From a virus (Duplodnaviria; Caudoviricetes), in IMG/VR virus record IMGVR_UViG_2561511197_000003, positions 2,976 through 66,975 of that record: a DNA stretch of 64,000 bases. One strand, given 5' to 3'. The notes beneath the pieces are model-generated. The model was not told the DNA's origin and did not search any database. It saw nothing but the letters and a program-made list of their open reading frames with translations. Both the position numbers and the translations under genes were made by a program. Of this stretch, positions 17,531 through 27,150 are shown piece by piece; position 1 is the first letter of the stretch, and each line of letters begins with the position of its first letter.

Positions 17531-18265
17531 ATGAACGTTTCAGACATCACACCGGCCCAACTGGCCCGACTCACCAGCGACTTCAACCAAATGGCTAAAC
17601 AGCCGGTACAGGTTGAGATTATCTCAGAAACCGCTTACGCCTACGGCACTGAATTGGCCGTATTACGGATATGGTCTAAGTACAAAGCCAGCCCTAAAAC
17701 GGCTTACGGCTATTCGACCAACCTGAATACATGGTTCTTTTCGCTGACTCTTGGCCCTGCAACCGAAGTGAGCGTTTGGTCAGACCAAATAACCAGCATC
17801 CGTGAAGCGTCTGCAAAAGCTATCCTATCCCGATTGGAGCAGGAACAGGACTGTACGCTGTACCTACTGCCAGCGTGTGAAATTCTTCACACCGATGGGG
17901 CATTCACCTACGCTTTACGTGGGATTGAGTCGTTAGGGGCCGAACTGGAAAGCCAGATTCAGCTGAGTTACGATGATGGCTCGTTCGATGTCGTTTGTGA
18001 TTTGACCGACCTGTCAACCGACGCCCTTGTTCACCTAGCCGAATGGATTCAGCAGCCCGTTCATCCGTCTGTTGAGGCAACGCTCGATGAAGCCCTGACC
18101 GAAGCCGTTGACACGTTCATGGACCTGTATGCCGATGTCATTGCCGCCAATGGACTGGACATTAAAGCCGTGTTCGACTGGTGGTCAGAAAATGACTACA
18201 AATGGCCCCACACCAAGTTTGAGGCGCTTAAGCAAGCAATTGCCCAACGAGTTCTAGCCGCATAG
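17531..18265 (+). CDS. Hypothetical acidic early protein
   Basis: 244-aa ORF. Confidence 0.7.
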   Translation: MNVSDITPAQLARLTSDFNQMAKQPVQVEIISETAYAYGTELAVLRIWSKYKASPKTAYGYSTNLNTWFFSLTLGPATEVSVWSDQITSIREASAKAILSRLEQEQDCTLYLLPACEILHTDGAFTYALRGIESLGAELESQIQLSYDDGSFDVVCDLTDLSTDALVHLAEWIQQPVHPSVEATLDEALTEAVDTFMDLYADVIAANGLDIKAVFDWWSENDYKWPHTKFEALKQAIAQRVLAA

Positions 18266-18661
18266 ATGATGAAAAAGCAGACTAAACACGTTGTCGGGTA
18301 CTACCACTACCCATCCTGCATTATCGTCGCCTACAACGACGTAGTAGAAAAAGGCGATTACATGCGACTGGCCCGTATGTCCCATAATGGGCGAACCATC
18401 ACCTACATCAAGAAAGACCTGCCCCCGGAAGTCAGGGGCGAAATTGAAGCCTACGCCAAGACACTACACACGCCTGACTTGTCCATCAACCTGACCATAG
18501 AGCAGATTGATAACGCTTTGAAAGGCATGTTTTTTCTCAACACAGAAGCCGTTGCCCTTTTGGCAGAAGCCCAGCGGCGCGAGTACGTGGTCATTTTAAG
18601 CGCCACCCAAGCGCAATGGACAGACGAGGGATTGAAGAAAGCCAGAACCGAATTAGCCTAG
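18266..18661 (+). CDS. Hypothetical early protein
   Basis: Abuts the previous gene. Confidence 0.7.
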   Translation: MMKKQTKHVVGYYHYPSCIIVAYNDVVEKGDYMRLARMSHNGRTITYIKKDLPPEVRGEIEAYAKTLHTPDLSINLTIEQIDNALKGMFFLNTEAVALLAEAQRREYVVILSATQAQWTDEGLKKARTELA

Positions 18662-18664
18662 CCG

Positions 18665-18898
18665 ATGGGACAGCAGACCAACGCCTTCAACGTACCCAAA
18701 AGCCGGGCCACGTTCGAGCAACACCTGTTGCAGCAGGCCATGAGCCAGAACGAGAACATTACAACCTCAGTGGCCGACCGAGCCGCCGAGCAGCGCCGCC
18801 AGAAGCTGGCCGAAACGCGCGCGAAAAAGCCAGTCAGTAACACGCCACAGCTATTCAGCGAACCCACAACCCCAACCAATCAAACCAGCATATTCTAG
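18665..18898 (+). CDS. Small protein ending in QTSIF (clamp-binding-like motif)
   Basis: ORF in the run; C-terminal QLF...QTSIF. Confidence 0.6.
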   Translation: MGQQTNAFNVPKSRATFEQHLLQQAMSQNENITTSVADRAAEQRRQKLAETRAKKPVSNTPQLFSEPTTPTNQTSIF

Positions 18899-18903
18899 CC
18901 GTT

Positions 18904-19446
18904 ATGACCCTATTCGATGAAGTTCTACCCGTAGCCGCCCAGCCGGTTGATTACACTGGCTACAACATGGCCACCACCTATAACACGGTTAACGACGTGT
19001 TTATCAAGAATCCGATCAGCTACACCGAAGCCAACGGGACGATCAATTACTTTAAAATCAAATGCCCCACCAGTTTCACGGCGGCGCTGATGAATCCGAA
19101 GCAGTACGCTGAACTCTCTGGCGCACTACGTGCGGCCAACATCCGCCACTCGTCTGAGTTCTATCCGGCTGGCTACTTCGATTATAAGAGTAAGGAAGTG
19201 TGGTACAGCATCACGGTGGATGCACCAGACTTTGACTATAACCTTGACGTTCGTTTGCTACAGTTCGGTTGTAGTTATGGGAAAATCAGCATTAACGGAC
19301 ACGTGTTTCGTATCTCACACGGTGGGGGCTCTGGCCAAACGGATGAAGGGCAACCTACTTGGACTGAGTACACTGGCAACTGGAATATCGTCGGTCAGCC
19401 GGTCGAACTGATTCGGCTCATTCTCGCCAGCCGCAAGCAATACTAA
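18904..19446 (+). CDS. Hypothetical early protein
   Basis: 180-aa ORF followed by a terminator. Confidence 0.7.
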   Translation: MTLFDEVLPVAAQPVDYTGYNMATTYNTVNDVFIKNPISYTEANGTINYFKIKCPTSFTAALMNPKQYAELSGALRAANIRHSSEFYPAGYFDYKSKEVWYSITVDAPDFDYNLDVRLLQFGCSYGKISINGHVFRISHGGGSGQTDEGQPTWTEYTGNWNIVGQPVELIRLILASRKQY

Positions 19447-19468
19447 TCGGTACTTCTACCGCTAACCT

Positions 19469-19497
19469 GCCCCGGCGCTACCAACGTCGGGGCTTTT
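19469..19497 (+). terminator. Intrinsic terminator
   Basis: GCCCCGGCG...CGTCGGGGC followed by TTTT. Confidence 0.7.
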
Positions 19498-19509
19498 CAT
19501 TTCCAGACC

Positions 19510-19710
19510 ATGAACACAGCGTACCTACAAGACAAGGTGGACAGCGTTCGCCAGCAGCACAAGCAATCACCCAAGCAAATGGCTGGCCTTCGAGCGGTCA
19601 TCTGTTTAACGGGGGCACACGTTCAGATACAGTACTGGACAGCAAGCGAGATTCAGCAGCGCACTATTCGCACCCACGGTCAGACTTTCAATTACATCGA
19701 ACGGCTGTAA
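19510..19710 (+). CDS. Hypothetical protein
   Basis: Short ORF in the run. Confidence 0.6.
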   Translation: MNTAYLQDKVDSVRQQHKQSPKQMAGLRAVICLTGAHVQIQYWTASEIQQRTIRTHGQTFNYIERL

Positions 19711-19712
19711 CC

Positions 19713-19844
19713 ATGCACTCAATTCTTCGCTATCGCTGGTCACTGCTACGCTGGGTGCGTCGGCACTGGCCCCTGATTGAAATCGCCCTGGCATTCGCTT
19801 CTGTGCCGGTTATCTGGCTTCTGTTTCACCTCTATTATCACTGA
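19713..19844 (+). CDS. 43-aa single-TM protein (below cutoff)
   Basis: MHSILRYRWSLLRWVRRHWPLIEIALAFASVPVIWLLFHLYYH; fills the gap between its neighbours. Confidence 0.5.
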   Translation: MHSILRYRWSLLRWVRRHWPLIEIALAFASVPVIWLLFHLYYH

Positions 19845-19846
19845 TT

Positions 19847-20068
19847 ATGAAAGCACTTAGAAATCTGTTGGAAGCCCTTCTTTGGCTGGTGCTAATTGTG
19901 GGGCTTTTCATGGGAATGGGGTACGTGCTCCAAGGCACAGACATTAAACTTCCAGCCTCAGAAAAACGGGCATTCGTTGACCGTGGCCTTATCTGGATGT
20001 ACGGGACAACAGGCGTTGTAGCCTTTTTGGCAATCTGCGGTAACTGGCTTATCAAAAAACTCGCCTAA
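19847..20068 (+). CDS. Small two-TM membrane protein
   Basis: Two hydrophobic helices. Confidence 0.65.
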   Translation: MKALRNLLEALLWLVLIVGLFMGMGYVLQGTDIKLPASEKRAFVDRGLIWMYGTTGVVAFLAICGNWLIKKLA

Positions 20069-20295
20069 TGCTTATGAACTCGGCAATCAAATACGGCTAT
20101 TGTCCCGGCTGCGGCCAGCCACACGCTGACATCAAACTGGAAACGACGCTGTGCGCTCCTTGTGAAGTGACACACTCCCCTGAGAATCGGATGCGTGAAT
20201 ACGTAACGTATTGTGAAACCTACAACACGTACCCCAACCGGGCCTTCTATGAGGAATGTAAGCAGAAGTTAAGCCAGCCTCAACCCCAAAACTAA
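20068..20295 (+). CDS. Small Zn-finger-like protein
   Basis: CPGC...CAPC. Confidence 0.6.
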   Translation: MLMNSAIKYGYCPGCGQPHADIKLETTLCAPCEVTHSPENRMREYVTYCETYNTYPNRAFYEECKQKLSQPQPQN

Positions 20296-20319
20296 CCCCG
20301 GCAGTCGTCGGGGTTTTTT
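20294..20319 (+). terminator. Intrinsic terminator
   Basis: AACCCCGGC...GTCGGGGTT followed by a T run. Confidence 0.7.
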
Positions 20320-20320
20320 C

Positions 20321-20584
20321 ATGCCCGAACTCGTCAAGAAACCGTCGCGCAGCCGCCAGATTGGCCGGTTGGCGAAGAAACTGCAAACGCAGCTCAACCG
20401 GGTGGCGCAGATGAATCTACAGTCGGACGCGCGCGGCACCCTCTACCTGACCTACGAAGACATCCCGGCCCCGATTTGGGATGCCGCGCTGGCCAAACTG
20501 CGGCCACCCAACAACACGCCCAGCGACCAGATTGGCCACGTATTCAGCGTGGGCCGCATTACCGTTTTCTTCTGTCTCAACTAA
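20321..20584 (+). CDS. Hypothetical protein
   Basis: ORF in the run. Confidence 0.6.
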   Translation: MPELVKKPSRSRQIGRLAKKLQTQLNRVAQMNLQSDARGTLYLTYEDIPAPIWDAALAKLRPPNNTPSDQIGHVFSVGRITVFFCLN

Positions 20585-20589
20585 TCAAG

Positions 20590-21108
20590 ATGCTCACAAC
20601 AACCAACCACGTACCCTACACGGTACAACAAACACCGAAGGGACAGTATCTGACCCTGTTCCCTATCCAACATATCCACAACGGTAAGGCACTCATTAAA
20701 GCCTCCGACGAAGTGCGCCAAATGTACCCCGATGCCCTGTTGGCCGTTGAGCCAACCGTGTGCGTGAGAACCAACGAGGCACTGATTGCACAGACCGACC
20801 GGGACGTATTTGTCTTTATGCTGAACCGCCTGCCGGAACAGCTACTGGTAACGGCCCGTATACAGGCCGTGTACGGCTCAGGCCGCGCTGTTCACATGGG
20901 TAAGTTACCCGATGCGTTCTGCCCTGAACTGACGCTTTTCCGGCGCTATGAGGAACCGATTCGCGCCGAGCAACGCGGCACCACAACGATCGGTGAAGTC
21001 TTTGACACCTACCAGTTCAGTTTCCCCCCAACGCGCTGGACGGTGTTGGGCTTCGTCGCAAGTGCTGGCATCGTGCTGGCTGCACTCTATAAATTCTATC
21101 ACTCATGA
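20590..21108 (+). CDS. Hypothetical protein with C-terminal TM anchor
   Basis: ATG at 20590 (MLTTTN); hydrophobic C-terminus. Confidence 0.65.
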   Translation: MLTTTNHVPYTVQQTPKGQYLTLFPIQHIHNGKALIKASDEVRQMYPDALLAVEPTVCVRTNEALIAQTDRDVFVFMLNRLPEQLLVTARIQAVYGSGRAVHMGKLPDAFCPELTLFRRYEEPIRAEQRGTTTIGEVFDTYQFSFPPTRWTVLGFVASAGIVLAALYKFYHS

Positions 21109-21974
21109 TTACGACACAAACGAAAAACACCCTGTTGGCTGGCCTGTTGGCTATGGTCAGACACCTTAGCCAGCACCCATTCATGGGGCTACCTGCCCCC
21201 GACCGGATTAGCGCCACCAACTTGATTAACGTCAGGGAGTTGAGCAAATTGATGCTCAACGGTTGGAGTGCCGAATACGCCCTCCGCATAACGCCAGTGG
21301 TCAATGATCAGCAATATCTGCACAGTTCATTGCACTGGACGTTTCCGCAAGCCTACTACAGCATCCTGTTCACCGCGCGCGCGCTGCTACTGATGCGGGG
21401 CTGTTCTGTCAGCAACGACGAGTTAGTAGCCAGAAAAGTGGCCAGCATGGTAGTGAGTGGACTCTACCCGCAAGGCTTAAACTACTACCTGACGGGCACC
21501 CCCCACGATTACAACGCCAAACGGCTACAGGGCGGGGCGGCGTTGTTTTCGGTGCTGACCCAAACGCGCGACAAACAGCTTAAAAAACAAGGCAATCAGG
21601 TTCAGACCAACCCCAAAACGGCAATGCGGTCACCGCGCACCGGGGAAGTATTAGATAAGCTGGGACCGGAACACTATAAGGCACTGGCTGACCAGACCGG
21701 TCCGACGTGCTTCTTCAACGTGCTGCACCGGCTGCGTATTTCCAGCAACCAGCCGAACCCGGACGTACTGACCACCGACGAGTTGGATGTGCGCGAACTA
21801 CACGCCTGTCTGGTCGAGCTGGTCAACCGAATCAATCAGGTACACGAGGCCTATCTAGCCAAGGCGCTCGGCCTTGATAACTACCAGACGCTGGTGGCGG
21901 GGTTACCGGGCTACCTGAACGAATCCTTTGTCAACGAACGACTCAACACCCTTATCCCCATTCTGGCCAAATGA
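21105..21974 (+). CDS. HEPN-like protein
   Basis: QAYYSILFTARALL and LHRLRISSNQ resemble HEPN motifs, but the catalytic Rx4-6H is not intact. Confidence 0.5.
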   Translation: MITTQTKNTLLAGLLAMVRHLSQHPFMGLPAPDRISATNLINVRELSKLMLNGWSAEYALRITPVVNDQQYLHSSLHWTFPQAYYSILFTARALLLMRGCSVSNDELVARKVASMVVSGLYPQGLNYYLTGTPHDYNAKRLQGGAALFSVLTQTRDKQLKKQGNQVQTNPKTAMRSPRTGEVLDKLGPEHYKALADQTGPTCFFNVLHRLRISSNQPNPDVLTTDELDVRELHACLVELVNRINQVHEAYLAKALGLDNYQTLVAGLPGYLNESFVNERLNTLIPILAK

Positions 21975-22495
21975 ACTCAGAAACCAACACCAACACGCTC
22001 GACATTCTGACCCAGCCCATTCAACCCGAAGAAATTGAGTGGCGGGTTCAGATGCAGACCAAAACCGGCAAAATCATCGTCGTCCCCTACATCACCAACC
22101 GCTGCGTGATGGAGCGATTCGACCGGCAGTTTGGTTGGGCCAACTGGCAGAATGAAATTACCGAGATTCAGGGCGGGTTTCTGTGCAAAGTGATTGTGAC
22201 CATTCCGGCCACCGACACTACGCCAGCCCAAACGCTGTTCAAAATGGACGGGGCCAGCCGCACCGACATCGAACCGGTGAAAGGCGGGATTTCGGATGCT
22301 ATGAAGCGGTGCGCGGTTCAGTTCGGGCTGGGCCGTTCGCTCTATAACTACCCGCGCGTGATGATTGACACGCCCGACAAGTTCATTCCTGATTGGGCCA
22401 GCCAGCAGTTAGACGTACTGGTGAAGAAGATTAACGACGGTAGTTACCGGGGCGGTGATATGGTCGTGCTAAAAGCCTCTTATGCCAAATCATGA
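21971..22495 (+). CDS. Rad52/22 (Sak-like) single-strand annealing protein
   Basis: IEWRVQ...YITNRCVMERFD...GWANW...KGGISDAMKRCAVQFGLGRSLY. Confidence 0.88.
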   Translation: MNSETNTNTLDILTQPIQPEEIEWRVQMQTKTGKIIVVPYITNRCVMERFDRQFGWANWQNEITEIQGGFLCKVIVTIPATDTTPAQTLFKMDGASRTDIEPVKGGISDAMKRCAVQFGLGRSLYNYPRVMIDTPDKFIPDWASQQLDVLVKKINDGSYRGGDMVVLKASYAKS

Positions 22496-22782
22496 GCGCA
22501 CCACCTGACGCGCTAGTCTCGCTCAGTATGGCCCTAAACGCCAAAGCGTGGATTCAGCACCACCTCAACCAATTGCCTCCTTTGCCGCATCAGTACGTTG
22601 GTCAGGAGGCAATTTTATTTCAATGCCCGTTCTCCAAATCGCCCCTCGTCAGCATCCGCCCCCGTCAGGGCGGCGGCTGGATCGGCGTACTCGACAACGG
22701 CCTTCTGGCCGATCTGAACGACAACGCCTACGCCATCGCCCAGGCACTCAACTCCGGCCAGTTTAAACCTCAAGCACCATGA
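22492..22782 (+). CDS. Hypothetical protein
   Basis: ATGA-coupled ORF. Confidence 0.6.
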   Translation: MSAPPDALVSLSMALNAKAWIQHHLNQLPPLPHQYVGQEAILFQCPFSKSPLVSIRPRQGGGWIGVLDNGLLADLNDNAYAIAQALNSGQFKPQAP

Positions 22783-22823
22783 TGTTTTTTTCTCGTAAAA
22801 AGCGGCAACGTACCTAAACGAAA

Positions 22824-24038
22824 ATGAGCCAACTCGACTTATTCACGCCTGCCCTTACCGATGGTGAATTGCCACCCGTTGCCCTGACGCCCGAAATTGA
22901 ATCGTTGCTGGCCAAGAATGCCCCCGTAGCGATTGGGGTAAGTGGTGGCAAGGATTCAGGCGCTGCGGTTTGGGCTGTGGTCAACCACCTCAACCAGATC
23001 GGCCACACCGGCCCGCGCCTGCTGATTCACGCCGATCTTGGCCGAATCGAGTGGGCGGATTCGCTGCCGATCTGTCAGCAACTGGCCGATCTGTTTGGGC
23101 TGGAACTGGTCGTTGTGCGTCGGCCTGCTGGTGGCATGGTGGAGCGGTGGATGAGTCGATGGGATGGCAATTGCACCCGTTATGCCGATCTGGCCTGCGT
23201 CAAACTGATTATGCCGTGGTCAAGCCCAGCCAATCGGTTCTGCACATCGGAGTTGAAAACGGCGATCATCAGCCGTGAACTGACCCGCCGCTTTCCCGGC
23301 CAGCGCATTGTGTCGGTGTCAGGGATTCGTCGGCAGGAAAGCAGTAAGCGCGCGCAAAAGCCCATCTGTTCCGAGCAAGCTCGACTGACAGTAAAAACGC
23401 TGGGTACGTCGGGCGTAGACTGGAATGCCATTATCGAGTGGAAGCTGGACCACGTATGGAACTGCCACAAGTGGCACAACCTGCCCATCCACGAGGCTTA
23501 CAGTACCTACAATATGACGCGGGTAAGCTGCTGCTTCTGCATCATGTCGTCCCTGCCCGATCTGCTGCGGTCAGCGGGCTGCGAAGCCAATCAGGACGTA
23601 TACCGCGAACTGGTCGATCTGGAAATTGCCTCGACCTACGCCTTCCACGAAGATACCTGGCTTGGCGACGTGGCCCCGCACCTGCTGACCGATGAACAAC
23701 GAACAGCCCTGAGTGGAGCCAAATACGCCGCTCGTCGGCGTGAACTGGCCGAATCCCGCATTCCTGAACATCTACTCTTTACGGAAGGCTGGCCAACGCG
23801 GATGCCCACCTACGACGAGGCGGTACTGCTGGCTGAGGTTCGGCAGGAAGTAGCCGACACGGTGGGCCTGACTATCGGTTTCACCGACCCGGCCTCTATC
23901 CTGCAACGCTACGCCGAATTGATGGCCGAGCGGGCTGAAAAGCAATTCTTAGCCGACTGGACCGAAGCCAAACGCGAGTTAAAAGCCCTGAACAAACGAC
24001 TCAAAGAAGCTTATGAAGAAGCCAATCAAACAGTATAA
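22824..24038 (+). CDS. PAPS-reductase-family (PP-loop, Fe-S) protein
   Basis: Motifs VSGGKDS, RFCTSELK, GIRRQESSKRA and RVSCCFC; N-terminal QLDLF. Confidence 0.85.
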   Translation: MSQLDLFTPALTDGELPPVALTPEIESLLAKNAPVAIGVSGGKDSGAAVWAVVNHLNQIGHTGPRLLIHADLGRIEWADSLPICQQLADLFGLELVVVRRPAGGMVERWMSRWDGNCTRYADLACVKLIMPWSSPANRFCTSELKTAIISRELTRRFPGQRIVSVSGIRRQESSKRAQKPICSEQARLTVKTLGTSGVDWNAIIEWKLDHVWNCHKWHNLPIHEAYSTYNMTRVSCCFCIMSSLPDLLRSAGCEANQDVYRELVDLEIASTYAFHEDTWLGDVAPHLLTDEQRTALSGAKYAARRRELAESRIPEHLLFTEGWPTRMPTYDEAVLLAEVRQEVADTVGLTIGFTDPASILQRYAELMAERAEKQFLADWTEAKRELKALNKRLKEAYEEANQTV

Positions 24039-24543
24039 CCTGTTTGGTGGGGTTGATCTGGTGCAACCGACTGAGCCAAAACCCAGCCCCGACCTGAAAC
24101 AACTGTCAGGCTCCAGATACGCCCAATATGGACTGGACGATATAAAGGAGCCCGCCGATAAAGGCGAAACGATTAGGCAACTATTCGACCCTTGGCTGTG
24201 CGTCGATTTTCCAATAACGGAACCCCACATCTACCTATGCTTCGGCTCCTTCGCGCTGAGCGGTCGAACGGTGGCGGCATTCAGCCAGCAACAACCCATC
24301 GACGGAATCACCGAAACGGAGTATTGCTTCAAATGTCGGGAAGTACGCGCGCGGCTCCACTACCATGTGAAGGGCGTTACTACTAACTATTTCGGTGAGC
24401 CCTTCGAGCCAAATCTTGGTGTATGTCCTGAATGCATCGAATGGGCGGCTGACTATCTGGCCCGACGTGCCGACGAGCAAGCGGCCAAGCTGGCCGAACC
24501 GCCACCGCCGCCACCTACGGGCACCCAACTTAGTCTTATCTAA
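24013..24543 (+). CDS. Zn-finger-like protein with terminal clamp-binding-like motifs
   Basis: CFKC...CPEC; N-terminal QYNLF and C-terminal QLSLI. Confidence 0.6.
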   Translation: MKKPIKQYNLFGGVDLVQPTEPKPSPDLKQLSGSRYAQYGLDDIKEPADKGETIRQLFDPWLCVDFPITEPHIYLCFGSFALSGRTVAAFSQQQPIDGITETEYCFKCREVRARLHYHVKGVTTNYFGEPFEPNLGVCPECIEWAADYLARRADEQAAKLAEPPPPPPTGTQLSLI

Positions 24544-24574
24544 TTTCTCACAATCAACCCCCAATTACACAGCT

Positions 24575-24796
24575 ATGGCATTGCCTATCGCAACCGCTGA
24601 ACGCATCGTCAGCGACCTCAAATCCCTGCTTCCTAATCTCTCAGCCACGATTGTTAAGGAAGATTGTCACATCAAAGGAACTGCCGATAACCTGACGCTG
24701 ACCGGCACGAATCTGGTCAGGCTGGGTCAGGTTGTTGGCCCCTTCAAATTGACTATCAAACGCTCAGGGGCGAAAGTCTCGATCACTATCAAGTAA
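24575..24796 (+). CDS. Hypothetical protein
   Basis: ATG at 24575 (MALPIA). Confidence 0.6.
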   Translation: MALPIATAERIVSDLKSLLPNLSATIVKEDCHIKGTADNLTLTGTNLVRLGQVVGPFKLTIKRSGAKVSITIK

Positions 24797-24798
24797 CC

Positions 24799-24828
24799 GA
24801 TGGTAAGGACATTAATGTCCTTACCATC
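24799..24828. repeat. Perfect 30-bp palindrome
   Basis: GATGGTAAGGACATTAATGTCCTTACCATC is its own reverse complement. Confidence 0.9.
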
Positions 24829-24842
24829 CATCCCCTAGATAT

Positions 24843-25958
24843 ATGAAATTCATTGTCTCATCTTCGGTTCTTCTCAAGAACCTACTGAACCTAAGCGGCG
24901 TGATCGCCGCCACTCCCATCGTGCCCGTCCTCGAAAACGTCCTGCTGCGGATTGAGGATGGTCTGATTACCGTTACGGCGTCTGATTTGCAGCTAACCAT
25001 GACCGTACAGGTTCCGGTGGATGCCTCCGCCGATGGCTCGGTTTGCATACCGGCCAAGTTGCTGCTCGATGTGCTCAAAAGCCTGCCTGAGCAGCCCATC
25101 ACCATCCATATCAACGCTAAAACCTTTGCCACTGAAATCCTGACGGATAACGGACGTTTCAAACTATCGGGCCAGAATCCAATCGACTACCCCAAACTGC
25201 CCAAGGTGGCCGCCATTACCACGGTTGAACTTCCATCGGGTACGCTACTGGATGCCATTACCCACACCGCCTTTGCGTGTAGTAACGACGATCTGAAAGC
25301 GGCTCAGACTGGCGTATATGCCCTGTTCGCTCCATCAGGTACAACGTTCTACGCCACCGATGGCCACAAACTCGCGCGCTACACCCGCACCGACGTACAG
25401 GCCCTTACCGAAAGTTCGTTCATCATACCCCGAAAAGCGATGGCCCAACTAAAAACGGCCCTTAGCGAAGGGGTTCCGGTGACGCTGGAAGCCAACCAAT
25501 CCCATGCTTCCTTTTCGTTTGGCTCGACGCAGCTCATTACCCGGCTGATCGACGAGGTATACCCCGGCGTTGAGGCGATGATTCCGACGACCAACACCAA
25601 TGATTTAGTTATAGGCCGCGCCGATCTGGTCAACTCGTTGAAGCGAACGATGATCTGCGCCAACCGCACGACGCACCAGATCAGACTGTCGTTGAAGAAA
25701 AACACGTTGACAATCTCAGCGGAAGACCTCGACTACGCCAATGAGGCCAGTGAAGTACTGCTTTGCGAGTACGAGGGCGACGATATGGAGATTGGTTTTA
25801 ACGCTAAAATTCTCACTGATCTGGCCACTACGCTGTCAGCAAAGATGGTCACGCTGTCGATGTCCACCTCAAACCGACCCGCGCTGCTCACTCCGGTCGA
25901 TAAGGACGAACACGAGGCCATTCTGATGCTCATTATGCCCTTGCAATTGAACGTGTAG
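24843..25958 (+). CDS. dnaN: DNA polymerase III beta sliding clamp
   Basis: MKFIVSSSVLLK...VTASDL...ATDGHKL...IGFNAK...LIMP; 371 aa, Bacteroidota-type. Confidence 0.95.
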   Translation: MKFIVSSSVLLKNLLNLSGVIAATPIVPVLENVLLRIEDGLITVTASDLQLTMTVQVPVDASADGSVCIPAKLLLDVLKSLPEQPITIHINAKTFATEILTDNGRFKLSGQNPIDYPKLPKVAAITTVELPSGTLLDAITHTAFACSNDDLKAAQTGVYALFAPSGTTFYATDGHKLARYTRTDVQALTESSFIIPRKAMAQLKTALSEGVPVTLEANQSHASFSFGSTQLITRLIDEVYPGVEAMIPTTNTNDLVIGRADLVNSLKRTMICANRTTHQIRLSLKKNTLTISAEDLDYANEASEVLLCEYEGDDMEIGFNAKILTDLATTLSAKMVTLSMSTSNRPALLTPVDKDEHEAILMLIMPLQLNV

Positions 25959-26026
25959 CGCGCGCCAGTACCCAATTAATTCATTCGTTTTCTCACCCAA
26001 AGCAGTCCGCACGTCGGGCTTTTTTT

Positions 26027-26794
26027 ATGACGTTTTTTCAACAACTCGCCGCCCTGAATCTGGTCGGCACCCTCAATTTTTCGGTAACGAAAGTGGGCGA
26101 CAAGATGACCGTATCGGTTCGGCTCGATAACCCATCCTGCGGCGATGCCGCGCGCAATCAGATTCGGCCCCTTACGTCCACTGGCACCCCTGTTGAACTT
26201 GATGCCGGTTGGTTTGACGCGATCACCAAGCCGATGCAATCCGCATCGGGATTGATGGTCGATATGGAAACCCATCAGAAGTCACTCGACAAAGCGCGGC
26301 AGGATTCAGCGATGAATAAGTCGAACGGCACCAAATCGACTACGCCTACCCCTGCCTCAAGTGCAGCTAGTACCCCTGCCAAACCGACCACGACGGTAAT
26401 CTCCGCTGTCGATAAAAAGACGCAGGTGTACATGGATGCCATGCAGAAGGTCGATAAGCTACGGGAGGAAGGCCGGTACATGGACGCGCTGTCCGAGTTG
26501 CCCAAGAGTAAGGATTACCCCAACAACAAGATTCTGGAAAAGCGACGTACCTGGCTGGCTAATATGGCAATGGGCGGGGTGCTGATTCCTGATCCGTGGC
26601 CGATTGATCCCGCCACCGAGAAACCCGCTGCGGCAACAGCAACGCCCGAAACTCCGGCACCAGCACCAGCCCCCACCGTCGAGGCCGGGCCAGTGGCGAC
26701 CGATAATCCGGCAGATGCGCCTGACGAGTCAGCCGACGACGACAAAGAGCCGGAGGAAAATCTGGACTCACCCCTTGTCGAAGAAACCATTTAA
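26027..26794 (+). CDS. PRTRC system protein E
   Basis: MTFFQQL...PLTSTGTPVELDAGWFDAITKP with a low-complexity tail; first gene of the cassette. Confidence 0.85.
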   Translation: MTFFQQLAALNLVGTLNFSVTKVGDKMTVSVRLDNPSCGDAARNQIRPLTSTGTPVELDAGWFDAITKPMQSASGLMVDMETHQKSLDKARQDSAMNKSNGTKSTTPTPASSAASTPAKPTTTVISAVDKKTQVYMDAMQKVDKLREEGRYMDALSELPKSKDYPNNKILEKRRTWLANMAMGGVLIPDPWPIDPATEKPAAATATPETPAPAPAPTVEAGPVATDNPADAPDESADDDKEPEENLDSPLVEETI

Positions 26795-26818
26795 TCACCT
26801 TTTTTTCAACGCAAAGCG

Positions 26819-27037
26819 ATGTTAGTAAACACTGATTTAGTCCGAAAATTTGAGTTCAAAAAGAACAACGAAACGATTGTAATCGACGACCCCAACCCTG
26901 ATTTGAGTACCGGGGCCGTGCAGAACCATTTGGCTGGGCAATACCCCGAACTGCTCACCGCCAAGCTCAAAGGGCCGGAAATTAAGAATGACGCCTTTGT
27001 CTACACGTTTGAAACGACAATGGGTACCAAAGGCTAA
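26819..27037 (+). CDS. PRTRC system protein C (ubiquitin-like)
   Basis: DPNPDLS...YPELLTA...GTKG C-terminus. Confidence 0.9.
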   Translation: MLVNTDLVRKFEFKKNNETIVIDDPNPDLSTGAVQNHLAGQYPELLTAKLKGPEIKNDAFVYTFETTMGTKG

Positions 27038-27150
27038 TTGCCCCTGACTAATCAACCCTGATTGAAACCAATGAAACGCAGCCAAAAAGCGGCAGCGCGG
27101 ACACCCGCAGCGGGTGTCCGCGTGATTGCCCAAAAACCCGACTATACAGT

